A DNA stretch of 62,777 bases, the filler included, from Rhabdomonas costata (taxonomy: Eukaryota), in NCBI GenBank assembly GCA_019059605.1. It is 24 parts of 24 records of this genome, joined end to end, with 100 filler letters (N's around TTAATTAATTAA, not from the genome) between each part and the next. Parts side by side here need not be neighbours in the genome. Positions count along the whole stretch, not along the records: positions 10,488 to 13,007 come from JAHMHO010003025.1; positions 13,108 to 15,627 come from JAHMHO010003026.1; positions 15,728 to 18,247 come from JAHMHO010003027.1; positions 18,348 to 20,867 come from JAHMHO010003028.1; positions 20,968 to 23,487 come from JAHMHO010003029.1; positions 23,588 to 26,107 come from JAHMHO010003030.1; 18 more parts are not named here. One strand, 5' to 3'. Numbering within the stretch: the first letter of the stretch is position 1; each line of letters opens with the position of its first letter. A program made the position numbers and the translations under genes. Shown here piece by piece: positions 10,530 to 23,594 of the stretch. The notes beneath the pieces are model-generated. The model was not told the origin of the DNA. It ran no database searches and saw nothing but the letters and a program-made list of their open reading frames with translations.

Positions 10530-12960
10530 TCAAATCCCGTAACCCAGCCCATCATTCCATTCGCAATAAGATTCGCAGGAGAGCCTGGTGTTGTGGGTGA
10601 TGACCACCTTTTCACTGAGAATCAGTTTTGCAGTGCAATCGAGGCATGTTTGCTTGTCCAAAGTGGTTATATCCATTTTGTTGTTTGTGTCCTTCCACGT
10701 TCCTGCTCTGAGAGATTGATGAATGCTTTTATAAGCCTGCTTCGTTCCGTTAGATGCTTCGAAGTGGGCGGCACGAATTTCGGTCACAGCTCTGTTGGTT
10801 GGCAGCAGCCATGTGACATCTGCTGGAGCGTCTTCTTTCCGAGCCATAAAATTGCAGTGAGCTCTCAGCGTGGCGACAATGAAATCGGCCTCTTGGAATT
10901 GTAGCAGAGGTTTCCGCAGAATGCCGATGCACTTTTTGAGAAGAGGATCACCTGCTGCACGAAAGGTGTGCTGCATAAGGACGGCGTGAAAGTGGAAGCG
11001 AACCAAAACCCACAACAGTGGTGAAGGCTCTCCGATCGGCTCCATCTGATAATGGTCACCGCACGCGATCACAGTGACTACACCGAAGGCTCTCTCTCAT
11101 CTGCGGACACTTCGCAGAAGCAAATCCATCCCGGAGAGCAGGACAGCGCCTACCTGAGCGAATTCGTCAATAAGAATGGGGTGCAAGTCATGCAGTAGAC
11201 GGAGGTGAATGGGTTTTGCCTTCAAATTCGACCAAGCTGCTGATGCCGCGGGGGATTGCATGCTCTTCTTCACGGGAACTCGAAAACCGAAGAACAAGTG
11301 AATGTTCACTCCCCAAGCTGAACTGCCCTGTTTGCTGAAAGAGCTAAGATTTCATAATGAACACGAGCGTTTTCGGACAATGTTTTGGCGGCGTGGAGGA
11401 GAATGTGAGTTTTACAGCTTCCGGGTGGCCCACTGATGTACACGGGAGTAATATATTGGCGGCAATCATAAGACTCTGCAGCACCAGGAAGCAGCAATGG
11501 GCGAAGATGATCCGTCACTTTGTCCAAAGCGGCGTTTTGTTCGATCCAGCTCTCATTGGACTGATCCACTCCTCTCTTCCACGGGTAAAGATCAGCGAGC
11601 ATACAAACGTGCCGCCGAAATCGGGATGCCATCGCCTGTTCTAGCTGAGTGACGTTCTTTTCACAGATTTGATTTTTTGAACACGGCCAGGACAAGGAAT
11701 AGAAGTTCTGCTCAGATAGACCTGTGAAAGCCTCGGCGATGTTTGCAAACAGAATGCGGTAGCCGATGGGCCAGAATTTGAGACCGTTAAAGACAAATTC
11801 TCTGAGGAGTTGAAGCCGGTCTTGTGTGGTTCGCTGTGCATCCCGGAGTGCTACTGCGAGGACTTGCTCTTCGTCATCGAAAGTGCTTTGAATCAACCAT
11901 GCTCCAAGCTGAGCTGGACTGTATCGCGGGTGCACCACTGTCGCCGGTTTGGCGGAGAAATCGACCAGTTTTCCGACCCAAGTGGCAGCAGGATGATTCG
12001 CTGGACTTTAGTGTGACAAACAGGCAACAAAAAACTCGAGCAAATCCTCGACGCCGTGACTTTCACAAGCGCTGGATTCAAACCGTCGTCTTTTCCGCCT
12101 TTGCTCATCGGTGATGACCGCGTGAACGGAGGTGGATGTCTTCTGCTTCATGTTGACAATGCAGCGCTCCTCTTCCTCCGCTCCATACTTGACCAGATAA
12201 GCCGGAACGAACTGGCCGTTGCAAACCTGCACGTTGATGTTGGACATCAGGAGAACGAATATTGCTGCCACGAAGGTGCTGATTCGATCGCAGTCCCCTT
12301 CTATCGCAGGACAGTGTTTTCCACCTGTCAGAAGGGGATGGAGGTGAACTGCACCTTCCTGGATGTAAGCCAAGTTGGCCGAAACAAGAAGAGTCTGGAT
12401 TTCGTCAGGAATTTGAACCAGAAGCGGAACGAACTTGGTGTAGTCGTGGACTGGAAAGGGACAATGAAAGCGGCAAGTTCAGTTGACAGGGCACTTGGGA
12501 CCGCAGCGGTGTGTCTGGATCTCCCTCGCCAGAGCTTCCAGCGTGGCTGGCTCTGGAAAAGCGTCGAATGCTGCTCTTATGGTGGAGGAGAGCCTAGAGA
12601 CGGCTTTGGCACTGTCGCGCTGGAATTCTTCGGTGCAATCAGGCCTTCCAATGAACCGCTCTTCTGTCCAAACGAAGCAATAGATGTGAGAGAGATTTGA
12701 AACTCGTGGCGAGCCCAAATGTGCCGCACCTTTCCATGCACTATCCACTGAAGCAACAGCTTTGCTAATCTGTGCCATGTTCTCACAAGAGGAACGGCAA
12801 AAGCGCAAGGGTCAGCGTTGGAGCCGAAGATGAGGTTATGGATTTCTATGACCCCCGGACATTTTGCCTGGTTGCAGGAAGCGGAGAGGAAGTAACAGGG
12901 CATTCCTTGCTGCTCAGTGTCTGCGCACAAGCTGTTGACGTCCGTCTTGTCGTACAAAAT
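10530..12960 (-). mobile_element. Helitron-like RepHel (HUH Rep + PIF1 helicase), frameshifted and degenerate
   Basis: Rep motifs: GMPCYFLSASCNQ, ARHEFQ/(frameshift)NLSHIYCFVW, QTHRC and SNINVQ...AYLVKY. PIF1 motifs: ISGPPGSCKT, NIHLFF, ILIDEFAQVG, AFGVVTVIACGDHYQMEP, HTFRAAGD, LLPTNRAV and VVITHN...NDGLG. Confidence 0.88.
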
Positions 12961-13109
12961 GTTCGGGGGTCATAGAAATCCAAACCCCACCAAACTCACC
13001 TAACACANNNNNNNNNNNNNNNNNNNNNNNNNNNNNNNNNNNNNNNNNNNNTTAATTAATTAANNNNNNNNNNNNNNNNNNNNNNNNNNNNNNNNNNNNN
13101 NNNNNNNTG

Positions 13110-15060
13110 TGGTGTCGAATGAGAATGAGTCTGTCAAATTGGGCTTTGGATGGACACGCGTCGAGGTCGGTTTCAGGGGCTACCGCTCGGTTGTCGTGGT
13201 TGTAGGGTGTGGCATTCCAGATGTTTTCGAATTTGCGCTGTCTCGGCTTAACCGAAGCCTTGATATTCACGTTTTATTTGCATTCGAGATAGTTTTCATT
13301 CCAGAAAGTTCTGTCAGAGGGACAGAGGCACACTGTAATTCCGAAGGCTTCAGGTACACTGTAGGTAAGCCTTGGTGGCCTTTGGCCCTTCGGCCCACTA
13401 CTCTGGTGTCCGACTTGTTCTTCCGCCTCCATTCCATCTTTTCTTTTGTCTATTCCTCGATTTAGTAAGCTATGACAGTGGTGTGTGCACAACTGACTAT
13501 CGGCAGCCATAGCCATACTTAATCGATTCCTCGAAGTCGGCTCGGAGTTCGGTTAAGCGTCAGGATAGGTCGGACCTTTTTGATTGCAGAGAGGGAACAA
13601 TCCGATATAGAGAGATGGATTGAGTGATAAACAAGTGTAAAGAGTTGTGATTTGTGCACTAAGCCCGGAGGTAGCCTCGGCCACGTCAGTGGCCACAATG
13701 GATAAACCCTGATTGGTCGGTTGTGGATCGGTTTAGAGGGCGAGTTTGGCGTAGAGATTGGAGGTTAGCCCATCGGGTGTAGTTATCTCGCTGTACCGCT
13801 TGACATTAATGGCAAAGAAGATCGAGGTCACGTGAAATTGATGATTGTGGACAGCAGCTAGCGAGAGATCCGTTTTGACTTGTTGTCGTTCATCCTTCGA
13901 TAAGCGGGTTGGCGCTACTGTGGTGGTAGCTCGTCACTATTCAAGGGACTGATCCGCAGCTGTGGCCGGTCGCTCATTGGTGGTGGATTTCACAGGGAGT
14001 GATCCGGTGGAGTCGTTGGGGAAGGTAGTGTGAGTTGTGTGGGACAGAGGTAATGAGATAAAATAAAACAAACTCAAAGGTGATCATCCTTGCGTGTGTG
14101 TTCCACCACGACGGGCACCTACTTACCATACTTACGCGTCTGTACACGCGCGCGATTTAACAATTAGTGATCTGCAAACAAGTAGATTGTGGGTCGATAA
14201 TACAGTACAATGCAGGCTATCCGAAAAACTGAGTCGTGCAATTAGACGTTCTCATTGGCTCCAAATTATGGAGAAGGCTCAATATGAAAACTGTGTAATC
14301 AGTATTTGCGCTGATGCTCCAGGTGTGCTGCTCGGTACCGGGATTCGGCTTGCATGAATGATTCTTTGCTCAAGTTTTCGAGGCTCTTGTGCGTGTGTTG
14401 CGGTTTGTTCATCTTTTTCTTTGCCTTGCGTGGTGGCTGCACTCTGGTTCCTGATATTCTGGATCATGTCTGAAGGCAAATGGCCGTCATTTTCATCCGA
14501 GCTTGACTGGAGTGAAAGTTCAGAGAGGGTCTGTACCAGTGTGGGAACTGGGGCGCAGCTGTCTGCGCTACATCCAAGAGTTGTGGAGGCCGAATTGTAA
14601 TGGGTAGGTGCTTTAGGCAAAATTTACCGCTGTGAATTGCTGCCTGCTTGATTCGTCGAAACTCTGCTTCGACTTGTTGTTGTAGCTTAGCGTAGTTTGG
14701 GTCCCGCAGATTGATGTTTTTGATCCACTGGTTATCCAACAAAATGCGATTGTGTGTGCAGGGAAGTCGCGCGAACAGCGCATGTGGTTTGAAGTAATTA
14801 CACAATTTCTGCCCTCAGAGTAACGGATCTGGCAGTCGGCAAATCTGACTCGGTGTTCAACATGTAGCTGGATCAATTGACGACCGACACCAATAAAACC
14901 ACATCGGAAACATTTGCGCCGACATCACCCTGACAGACAATCCATCGACCAATTGGAGACGTCCACCGAGGACTTGGTCGACACCGACCAACTTCTTACC
15001 GACGCCCTGCGAGCTGACCTGTAGATCATGTTTCCACACTCGAATCAGAACCGACATGTA
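13110..15060 (-). pseudogene. Long decayed intronless reading frame, probably a mobile-element relic of unassigned family
   Basis: Chain of overlapping minus-strand ORF pieces with scattered stops. A KCFRCGFIG zinc-knuckle-like remnant lies near 14890-14915. Confidence 0.3.
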
Positions 15061-15801
15061 TTAAATCTCATACCGGTTATCCGTTATTGAGATCACTTCA
15101 GGATCTCGGATCGCTGAGCAACACGAAGTAGACCACCACCATCAAGACAACAAGGGTCCAAAGCGTACCAAGCGGGACCATGGTGTGTTGAACGCTTTGA
15201 AATCATCAACCCCGCTGGAATCCGGATTTCTTTCGAGAGAGAAATACCTCATCAGTTCTTCCTACTGATTTCCAGGTTCACCAGAGTTCAACACCCATCG
15301 CACGTTCACACCTGCTCCTGGATAAGCCAGCTTTTGTGCGAGAGATCTACCATAGTTTCCTAGTTTTTATTTCTTTTTCTCTTTCCTTCGATATTCTGAT
15401 TTTTTGCACCGAGCCAGTGAACATTCATCGTATGATTTCCCACCTCGTCGTCACATCGGCCCGGTAGCACCCTTCGTGCTTTTCCATTTGTTCCAACCAA
15501 TGTACCAGTTCCATTCGAAAACGCTTATTACATCCACATTTAGTACATCCACCGTCTACTCTCCACCTCTTTTCTGCTAATCTTGTGGTTTTCGGGTTCC
15601 TTCCTTCCGACCCTTTGCCAAAAAACCNNNNNNNNNNNNNNNNNNNNNNNNNNNNNNNNNNNNNNNNNNNNTTAATTAATTAANNNNNNNNNNNNNNNNN
15701 NNNNNNNNNNNNNNNNNNNNNNNNNNNAGGATCCCGTAAGTTTGTTTTTTAATCTCCTGATGTTATTCCACCTTTTCAAACTCTCTCGTGCTTGCCTCAA
15801 G

Positions 15802-17570
15802 TGCGGAAGGAGTGCAGCAGGACCTGCTTCCCCTGGTTGAGGGCACTGTGGTGACCACCAAGCAGGGCGTCGCGATTAAGACAGGCCTGTGTGCCTCTTT
15901 CATCGTGGATGTTTTCGCGATTTTTTCTTTCTTTGTTCAGAATGTGAAGCAGGTAAGCAGGTACGGTTACCGGTAACATTCATCTTTTGTTTTTTTTTTA
16001 CAGAAAATTCTTTGCGGGAGCTCTTCGTAGGGGGTTGTGTTATGGGTGGGGTATGTGCGTGATGGGTTGTGGTATGGGTTGCATTCTGGTGGCAATTCTC
16101 TCGAGTACATTCAAATGACGAGTCGGCAGTGTCCGGATGAGAGAAATACCGTTGGCCTCTCATCGGTTGGGGACTTAGACGGAGCCGTGGTGCCATGCTT
16201 CATACTACGCTGCTCTTGTTGCGTAAGATGACAAGCTTAGAAAGTTCGGTGCGAGGCTGAAACTCGACTCCCCCCCCCCAGTTTTTGGCTCACGGACGTG
16301 AACCACCTGGTTCACGCGCGTGAACCACAGGGGTGGATCACAGGGGGGGTTCGAGTTTCAGCTTAACCCCGAAAGTTCCTCTGTACCTGGTCATGCGATT
16401 ATCCCTTTTCTGTGTGCTTCTTTTCACAACCTTCATAATATTCCGCCATTGAGGGCTGACTTTGTGAGGCACCAGTGCGCCAGTGGTTCTTTGGAAAAAC
16501 AAGCAGTGCGGAATGTGGTCGCCTCGCTTAGTTAATTATCTCCTCTCCGATTTCCGACTACGCAGCTCTAACGAATTGCGAATTGTGTTTCATTTCGTTC
16601 CCCGGAAAATGTGTTTTGGAGCCAGTGGGGCGAGGCAACGGGGGGCATTTGACGTTTACCATTGGCCATGGCTCTGCTGCTTTGCCCTGCAGATCACATT
16701 TTGTTCATCGCCAGTGGGGCCTTCAGCGGAGTCAAGCCCTCGGACATGATTGCAGAGCTGCAGGGGCGGCTTCCCCTCCGAGTGGAACTGCAGCCGCTGA
16801 CCCGCAACGACTTCTACCGCATCCTGAAGGAGCCCAAAACCAACCTGCTGTACCAGAACATCGTGTGAAGCGTTTGGAGGGGACCGGAGGGGAAGGGAGG
16901 AGAGGAAATCGTGGAGGTGTACAATTTAACGGGGGCGCAATTTTTGTCTTGAACTTCTTTGCAACCATTTTGCCTAGTATTTTGGTTTTGTAGGCACTTC
17001 TCCATGCCAGGTGCTAATTGTCCGCAAAGGATGATAAAGCACGGCATATACGTTCCAATTTATCTCCGCGTGCACATTTGCACGAACTTGTGATCACTAT
17101 ACTACTGTTGAGGGACCTCCAAGGGAAAGCATCTCAATATTCCCAACCCATTAGTATTGCCAAACTATAATCTCAGTAAGCATCTAGGGTTTTCGGCCGG
17201 TTATTCTTCTTCTTTTTTTCATCAACGAGCACTGCACGAAACTTTTCTGGTTCGTGTGATACAGTTTTTTTAACGGTTAGATGATACAATTGTACGATCG
17301 TATGATTGACATTCCTCGTGATGATCATTTTTTTGGGGCGGGAACAATCCCAGCAAGTGCATGATTGGACCAACCTTTCCTCCCTCCTCCTCCCGCAAGA
17401 TGTATACAATGATATGAGCCGTCACCCACTCTCAGCAACTGATGAAGACCGAGGGGGTTGACCTCGAATTCACCGATGACGCCGTGCGAGAGATGGCGGA
17501 GATGGCGTTTGAGGCCAATTCCACGGTGCAGAACATCGGCGCGCGCAGGCTCATTACCGTCGTCGAAAAG
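15802..17570 (+). CDS. hslU: Mitochondrial HslU ATP-dependent protease ATPase subunit, partial. Exons ~15802-15884, 16693-16862, 17436-17570
   Basis: Spliced product: [60 protein letters not shown]...[49 protein letters not shown]. Confidence 0.95.
16256..16362. mobile_element. MITE-like element of about 107 bp in the HslU intron
   Basis: Terminal inverted repeats GCTGAAACTCGA + C-run and G-run + TCGAGTTTCAGC. Internal hairpin CGTGAACCA-cc-TGGTTCACG and a second CGTGAACCAC copy. Confidence 0.6.
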
Positions 17571-18989
17571 GTGTTTTGAATTGCATGTAGACGTTTCCTT
17601 TTTGAAGGGGTGAACCTTTTTCTCATAGTCCAAACGTTAAATATGGCACCTGCTTATTGCTTTCCGCTTTAAAAATGGTTCGGACGAAAGCTCTTATCAT
17701 GCAAGGTAATCCTCAAAATTACAGTATGCTCCGAAAATAAATAAAGCAGAGTTTTTTCACCTGGACAGAACTCAGATTCGCGGTCTAAACCGTGGATGTT
17801 GGAATGGGGCAAATGGCAGCTTCGGCCCGAAAAAAACGGCGCCCCTTTTTAAGACACACCTTTCTGTGCTAAGCTACACCGGCAGACTGGAGGCGATGTA
17901 CCTTTTCTCGCAGACAGCGAGACGCAATATCATGAAAGTACGCCACATCTTGAACTCAGAACCAGGCATTCCTTTTTTAGACTGCTTCATGGCGTTGCAT
18001 CGATTCCCTTTTTTGTACCAGTTGCTCCCCTAAAAAAGATTGCATTCAGCCCGCTTCCTATGTGACTCGTTGACAAGAACATGTTGGCAGTTTGCTACGT
18101 TTATTTGTTTACAGTTTTAGGGTTGACGGCAGAGAAAATAGTCCTGTTGAGCACATACCACAAAATTCGTGTATTACCCGATAGCATTCCACCTATATTT
18201 TTTGATGGGAGTGCGAACGAAAAGATCAAAGGCACCGTGGAACCAAANNNNNNNNNNNNNNNNNNNNNNNNNNNNNNNNNNNNNNNNNNNNTTAATTAAT
18301 TAANNNNNNNNNNNNNNNNNNNNNNNNNNNNNNNNNNNNNNNNNNNNTTTTTGGTGGTTACGTTGCATGTGCGGTTTGGTAAGGTCCATTCTGAGGCGTC
18401 TACGGTGGGTTCGGTGCTGTTGGCTGGTGTGTGTTTAAATCTGGGTTGGTTTGTGCTGGTGTGTGTGCAGCCTCTGTTGTGCTATAGAAAGTGCGTGGCT
18501 GGTGGTGTGTGCAGAGTTACTGGTGACTTCTGAGTGTGTGTTGTCGGTGAGCTTGTTGGGTCCTGTGGATTCGAAGCGGTGGGTTGAAGTCGGTGGAGTT
18601 TCTTTGGTGGTGGTGCTCGTATGTATATGGGGCCATAGTCTGACTGCTGGGTTGATGTTCCTTTGTGTAGGGTTGCTGTGTGAAGTGTCTTGTCAACGTT
18701 TGCTGGTGGGGTTGCGTGGTCTCTGTAGTGCGTAAGGTTTGGTTGCAACTGTGGTTTGGAACTTGTCCTCTAATTCCCTTGGCGCCACGATCTGCTCATT
18801 TGGGGCACTGCGGCTTTTTGCTCCTCAAGTTTTGGTTGCAGACAGACAACCCAACTGCTTCATAAAATTCCGTTAACTCTAGGTCTGAATGGCACGTGCG
18901 GCAATAAGTATCCAAAGAGTTCAAAAACTAACAATTATAACAACACAACACCCACATTTTCACGACCAGAAATGCCGCATATTTCCGAA

Positions 18990-19170
18990 CACCTACAATT
19001 CTGCTAGGAGAGGCGCGAGAGCAAACGAAGTAAACAGGCGGCCGAAGGGGATGGCAGAAAAGGTGGCGCTTGGAGGGGAAAAAATGGGGGTAGGCCGCAG
19101 GTCTCGCGCCAAGGCTCTGGCGGCTAGGAAAAACCAAAGACCACCACGTGGAGACAACACACGGAAGCCG
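18990..19170 (-). repeat. Copy of a diverged dispersed repeat family
   Basis: The reverse complement aligns colinearly with 22948-23107 in blocks such as gccttggcgcgagacctgcggcct vs gccttggagcgagacttgaggcct and cgcctgtttacttcg vs cgcctgtttttttcg. Confidence 0.75.
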
Positions 19171-21670
19171 GAAAGTGGAAGTTCGGTGGCCTTCCTGGAC
19201 ATTTGGTATCGGATGAACGCAGTAACGAGTGTGATTGTGACGTCAGAGTAACAGGAGCGACATCGAACGCAGTGAGAGAAGCGAGTGTGACGACTGTACT
19301 TGAGAGTAACACGAGGCAATGAAGATGACTAATGTGACGACTCTTCTTCTATTCTACGGTTCGCTTTCGCTCACTCATAGTTCCCTCCACCACCATAAGT
19401 GACAGTAGTGGGTACGTAGTGGAAGGTGTGTTAGCGACATCCACGGAGTATGAACGTGATCGACAGAAAACATAGAAGGAAGGGTGGCATCGAGGCACGT
19501 TAAGAATTGACTGTCACTCCTCTCTCGTGATCCTTATCCCCCATGTTCACTCCGACATTGGCGTATCCACGCGAAGAACACTCCATTACTCTTAGATGGA
19601 GTTTTAATGTTACGGGTTCTTCAACTACATGGTAGGTACAAAGGATGGGTCTGAGCGCAGCGATGAAGCCATCCGTAGTAGGGAGTAGGAATGTAGAGAG
19701 TCATGATGAGTCACTATTACTCACTTCTAAACTCTCACGTTGCGTCAGGAATACCAGCATCACGAACATCACCATCAGCGTAGGAATATGCGCAATAACG
19801 GTAACAGCTTGGGGTAGGAATCGCGTCTTTTCCATCAGGTTACGCTTACACTCCAACTTCACCTCTGTCGCAGGGTTAGCGTTACGATTAGCTTATGTCT
19901 TACGCTTTCCTACTGTAGTGGTAGAGGCATCTGGTATGAATCGCAGCTTGGCATAGGAGTCACTCATATTGTCATAGGCATCACTCACAACATGTACCCT
20001 TACGCTTCTACGCAAACCCTCAATTCACACGCAGACACTCCGACTCACTGACAGCCGACAACACCCTCCAAACACCAACCCTCCGGCCATGCAAACACCA
20101 TCAAACCATCAACCTGGCACTACAGACACAGCACGACACAATGAATCGACCCTTCAACACACAACAAGAGAAAAAGCACACACAAGCACAGCACCACTTC
20201 ACTACAAGCACAGCACAGCCACTGAACCTCCACAGAGAACACGATTAGCCAAACACAACCACCCAATGACTCCATGAAAACCACTACGCATGACCTAAGT
20301 ACAATCACAGACCATATACAGCCGCAACCGCAGACCGAGCGCACAGCACCACAACCACCAACACCACCAACGTGAGACAGACCAACAGCAAGCACATACC
20401 CAAAGCTACAATCATAACCATACATCCTAAGCTACATACACAGACTCCGACACCTATCCCTACAGCTACAGCATAACACTAACAACAACACATAGAAGAA
20501 GAAGAACACGTACACGCGAGAACCCCAAAACAACCCGATACCAACCAATGAATACACCCTTAAGAGTGCAAAGCCGTAGAACTTCGAGACCACACAGCAA
20601 ACCCGCAGCAGACACATCAGGGATACAACAGCTAAGCACACACACAAGCGCAACACTAACCTAACCACACGGACCTGACGAGAGTGCGAATGCCAAACCC
20701 ACAAACCACTAACCAAGCACAACCCTGATAGCACAATGAATGCCACACCACAGCACGGGATCACACAGACCAAGGAATACCCAGCACACACTGCCACCCA
20801 AAACAGCACCGTACACGGAAACGCATCATTAGCCAAGCACAAGAACCACAGTACAGAACCCAACCCCNNNNNNNNNNNNNNNNNNNNNNNNNNNNNNNNN
20901 NNNNNNNNNNNTTAATTAATTAANNNNNNNNNNNNNNNNNNNNNNNNNNNNNNNNNNNNNNNNNNNNCTTGCATTACAGGAGATTTCAGCTTGGCTGGAA
21001 ATGGAGGCTGACAAGGAATCACTTTCATGTGGAAAGCATACAGTTGACAGGCATATTTCTCTTCGCAATTGCGATTCTCCCATATAATATATGATCAAAC
21101 TGCTCCAGGGAAGGAGGGGAAGCTTGACCTCTGCAAAATCGTGTGCGAAACTGGAACCTGCCTCTGGGTCTATTTCTACTAAGACGTAACAAAACTAGCA
21201 CTTGCCATCATCCCAACTATTGGGTAGCGGTGTTTTTGCATCACAGCCGACTTGTCAGACTGCAATGGTTAAATTGCTAACTGCTAATAGTTAAATTTCC
21301 GGTAGTCATCGGACGTTAGAACTAGGCATTTGACTGCTTGACCGACGACTCTGAAGGCTGGTGTGTCCAAGTGGGCGGCAACAGAGATTCTCACAGCGGA
21401 ACCCAAGGCAATCGTTTCAATTCATCAAGCATAAGCATCAAAGCCGTCCCAGGTTACGACAAGTGATATCAAACGGCAAACGGCAAGCGCAGTGCAGAAG
21501 TGATCTGGCCAATGGCAAACATAAACACCGTTGAACAGGCCAACTTCCTATACCACCATCTTGCACACAGACGGCATGAGGTTGACTTGCAACGCACCCT
21601 GAAAGAGAGGAGAGCACGTAGAGAAGAAGTATGAAAGGAAGAAGAAACGCAAGATGCTGCCAACAAACCT

Positions 21671-21995
21671 TTAGATATCATCCAGAGCTATCGGATCAGC
21701 CTTTGCTTCAGAACCACTGGGCTTTTTTGCAGCCCATTCCCTCATGAGGGCGATGGAAGCGGGAGGGATGTTGACGCAGTCGTAGATGTTCACAAGCTGC
21801 CCCACATACCATCTGGTGAGAGGAGCCAGCTGCTCCTTGTGCTGTACAGCAAATCACGCAAAGGAGGCAAACGAGGAAGTTAAAGGCTTCTTTCAGCAGG
21901 TAGATTCTTGGTGCAGTGTTGCCGTTTGGGCCATCGGAGGATAAAACAAAACAGGCCAGGTATTGGGCCCCCTCCGGGCCCATATAGTTGAATTT
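21671..21995 (-). CDS. Possible C-terminal exons or relic of a leucine-rich-repeat protein
   Basis: KFNYMGPEGAQYLA resembles the RI-type LRR N.IG.EGA..LA. A later cag|HKEQLAPLTRW...LVNIYDCVNIPPASIALMREW...DDI* looks like a terminal exon. The frames were not convincingly joined. Confidence 0.3.
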
Positions 21996-22139
21996 GGGTG
22001 AGGTGTGTACTCTATAGTGTGGCGTCCGTGATGATATTGGACAACGCTGATATAGAAAGCATCTCTTTACCGACGCAGATTACAACCAACGTGTGTTTCT
22101 GAAAGTTTTTTCCGAAAATGAACATTTAGCTGATTTGCA

Positions 22140-22260
22140 CTTCTTTCACGCCATTGTCTTGGTGTGGTAGTTGTGCTAGCTGTCCTGTTAAAAAGTGTTT
22201 TCGTACTTTCATGCCGGTATTCCATCAGATCCTGGTGCGCGTATTCAATTCTACAACGTG
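22140..22260 (-). mobile_element. Degenerate non-LTR (LINE) reverse transcriptase N-terminal fragment
   Basis: IRAPGSDGIPA*KY, then after a frameshift LFNRTASTTTTPRQWRE. These match the KAPGxDGIxxExY and LFN...P..W motifs. Confidence 0.6.
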
Positions 22261-22947
22261 GATTGGACAAGTGTAAAGACACCAACCAGGTAACTAATGT
22301 AAAAACCTAAATCCAATGCGCTCCTAAAAATGGCTAATAACCGACCAGTAGAATGAGAAAAACACTACGAACGAAGTGCGCCGAAGTTCCAAGATTCGAT
22401 TCCAGTGATCCAAAAAGAAGACCTGGTATGGTGTGGAAATGGTGTACAAATAAAGCTTTAAAAACCAGTCAATGTAATGGTGGTTGAAATTAAATGCTGA
22501 TGCGATGTTTGAAAGTTTGAAACTAAATCCATCCGGAAGCTTCAAAGTATGTTTCTCTTCCAAAGACATTACCAAAGTTCAAATTCAATCCAGATAATTC
22601 AAAATACCTGTTTACATCGAATTGGACCGTCACGTTCGCAAGAGAGCAAACTGACTGAAACGATTGGTCGATACAAAGCTAAATAGAAGAAGAGGATGAA
22701 TCACAAACACCTATATGTGTTCATCGTGCATTAGTTTGGTTCCTTGGTTTTTCTACCGTTCTGCCTGTAGGTTTGCACTGCACTGTTTGCACCGCTGGTC
22801 TGCCGGACTGTTGTTGATAGCCTTGTAAGCTTCTTTCTACAGTTTTTGTTTTTGCCCCTTGCGCATTGTTTTCGGTCGAGCGCCACCATTGCAAAAGCTG
22901 TTGCACCCATGGCAGGCCTGTTTTTCTGGGCTTCTTCGTTCCTTATT

Positions 22948-23107
22948 CTGTGTGTTTTATCCCCGCGCGTCGCCGCCCGCGCCTTGGAGCGAGACTTGAG
23001 GCCTCACCCCTTTTTATTTTGCCACAGCCAAGCAATTCCTCTTCTGCCCTTCCATGCGCCTCCGTGCGCCTGTTTTTTTCGTCTGTCCGCGGGCCTATTC
23101 TAGAAGC
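22948..23107 (+). repeat. Second copy of the diverged dispersed repeat family
   Basis: Colinear similarity to the reverse complement of 18990-19170. Confidence 0.75.
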
Positions 23108-23594
23108 CCCACTCTCTTAGATTCGGCATTTTTGTGATTCTGTGCTTCTGCTGAGGCTTACTGCCTTGAAACCTGGCAAACTGTCATCAGCTTCCTTTCA
23201 AATCCGCACCGACCATAGAAATCAAAGACATTCAAGCATTGCCAATGGATCCAAGCTTGTTGATTGCTAAGTTATTGAAGAACCTCAAGCTCAAAATCTG
23301 TAATTGAAATCGACACTAGCTGTTAATTTCAAATATCGTTCTGACCAATTGACACAAATGACAAGGCAAAAATGCACCAGTTACTTCAGTCATTTCTGGA
23401 TTTCTAGAGAAATGCACACTTTTTACGAATGAGACGTAAATAGAAGAACCATTCATCAGTGGATACAGTCCGTCTAACAAACCAACANNNNNNNNNNNNN
23501 NNNNNNNNNNNNNNNNNNNNNNNNNNNNNNNTTAATTAATTAANNNNNNNNNNNNNNNNNNNNNNNNNNNNNNNNNNNNNNNNNNNNTTGTTGG

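Noticed and set aside
20000-20867. Long ORFs in CA-rich sequence (and GT-rich 18348-18760)
   Set aside because: Compositional bias suppresses stop codons. This is low-complexity or primer-related sequence.
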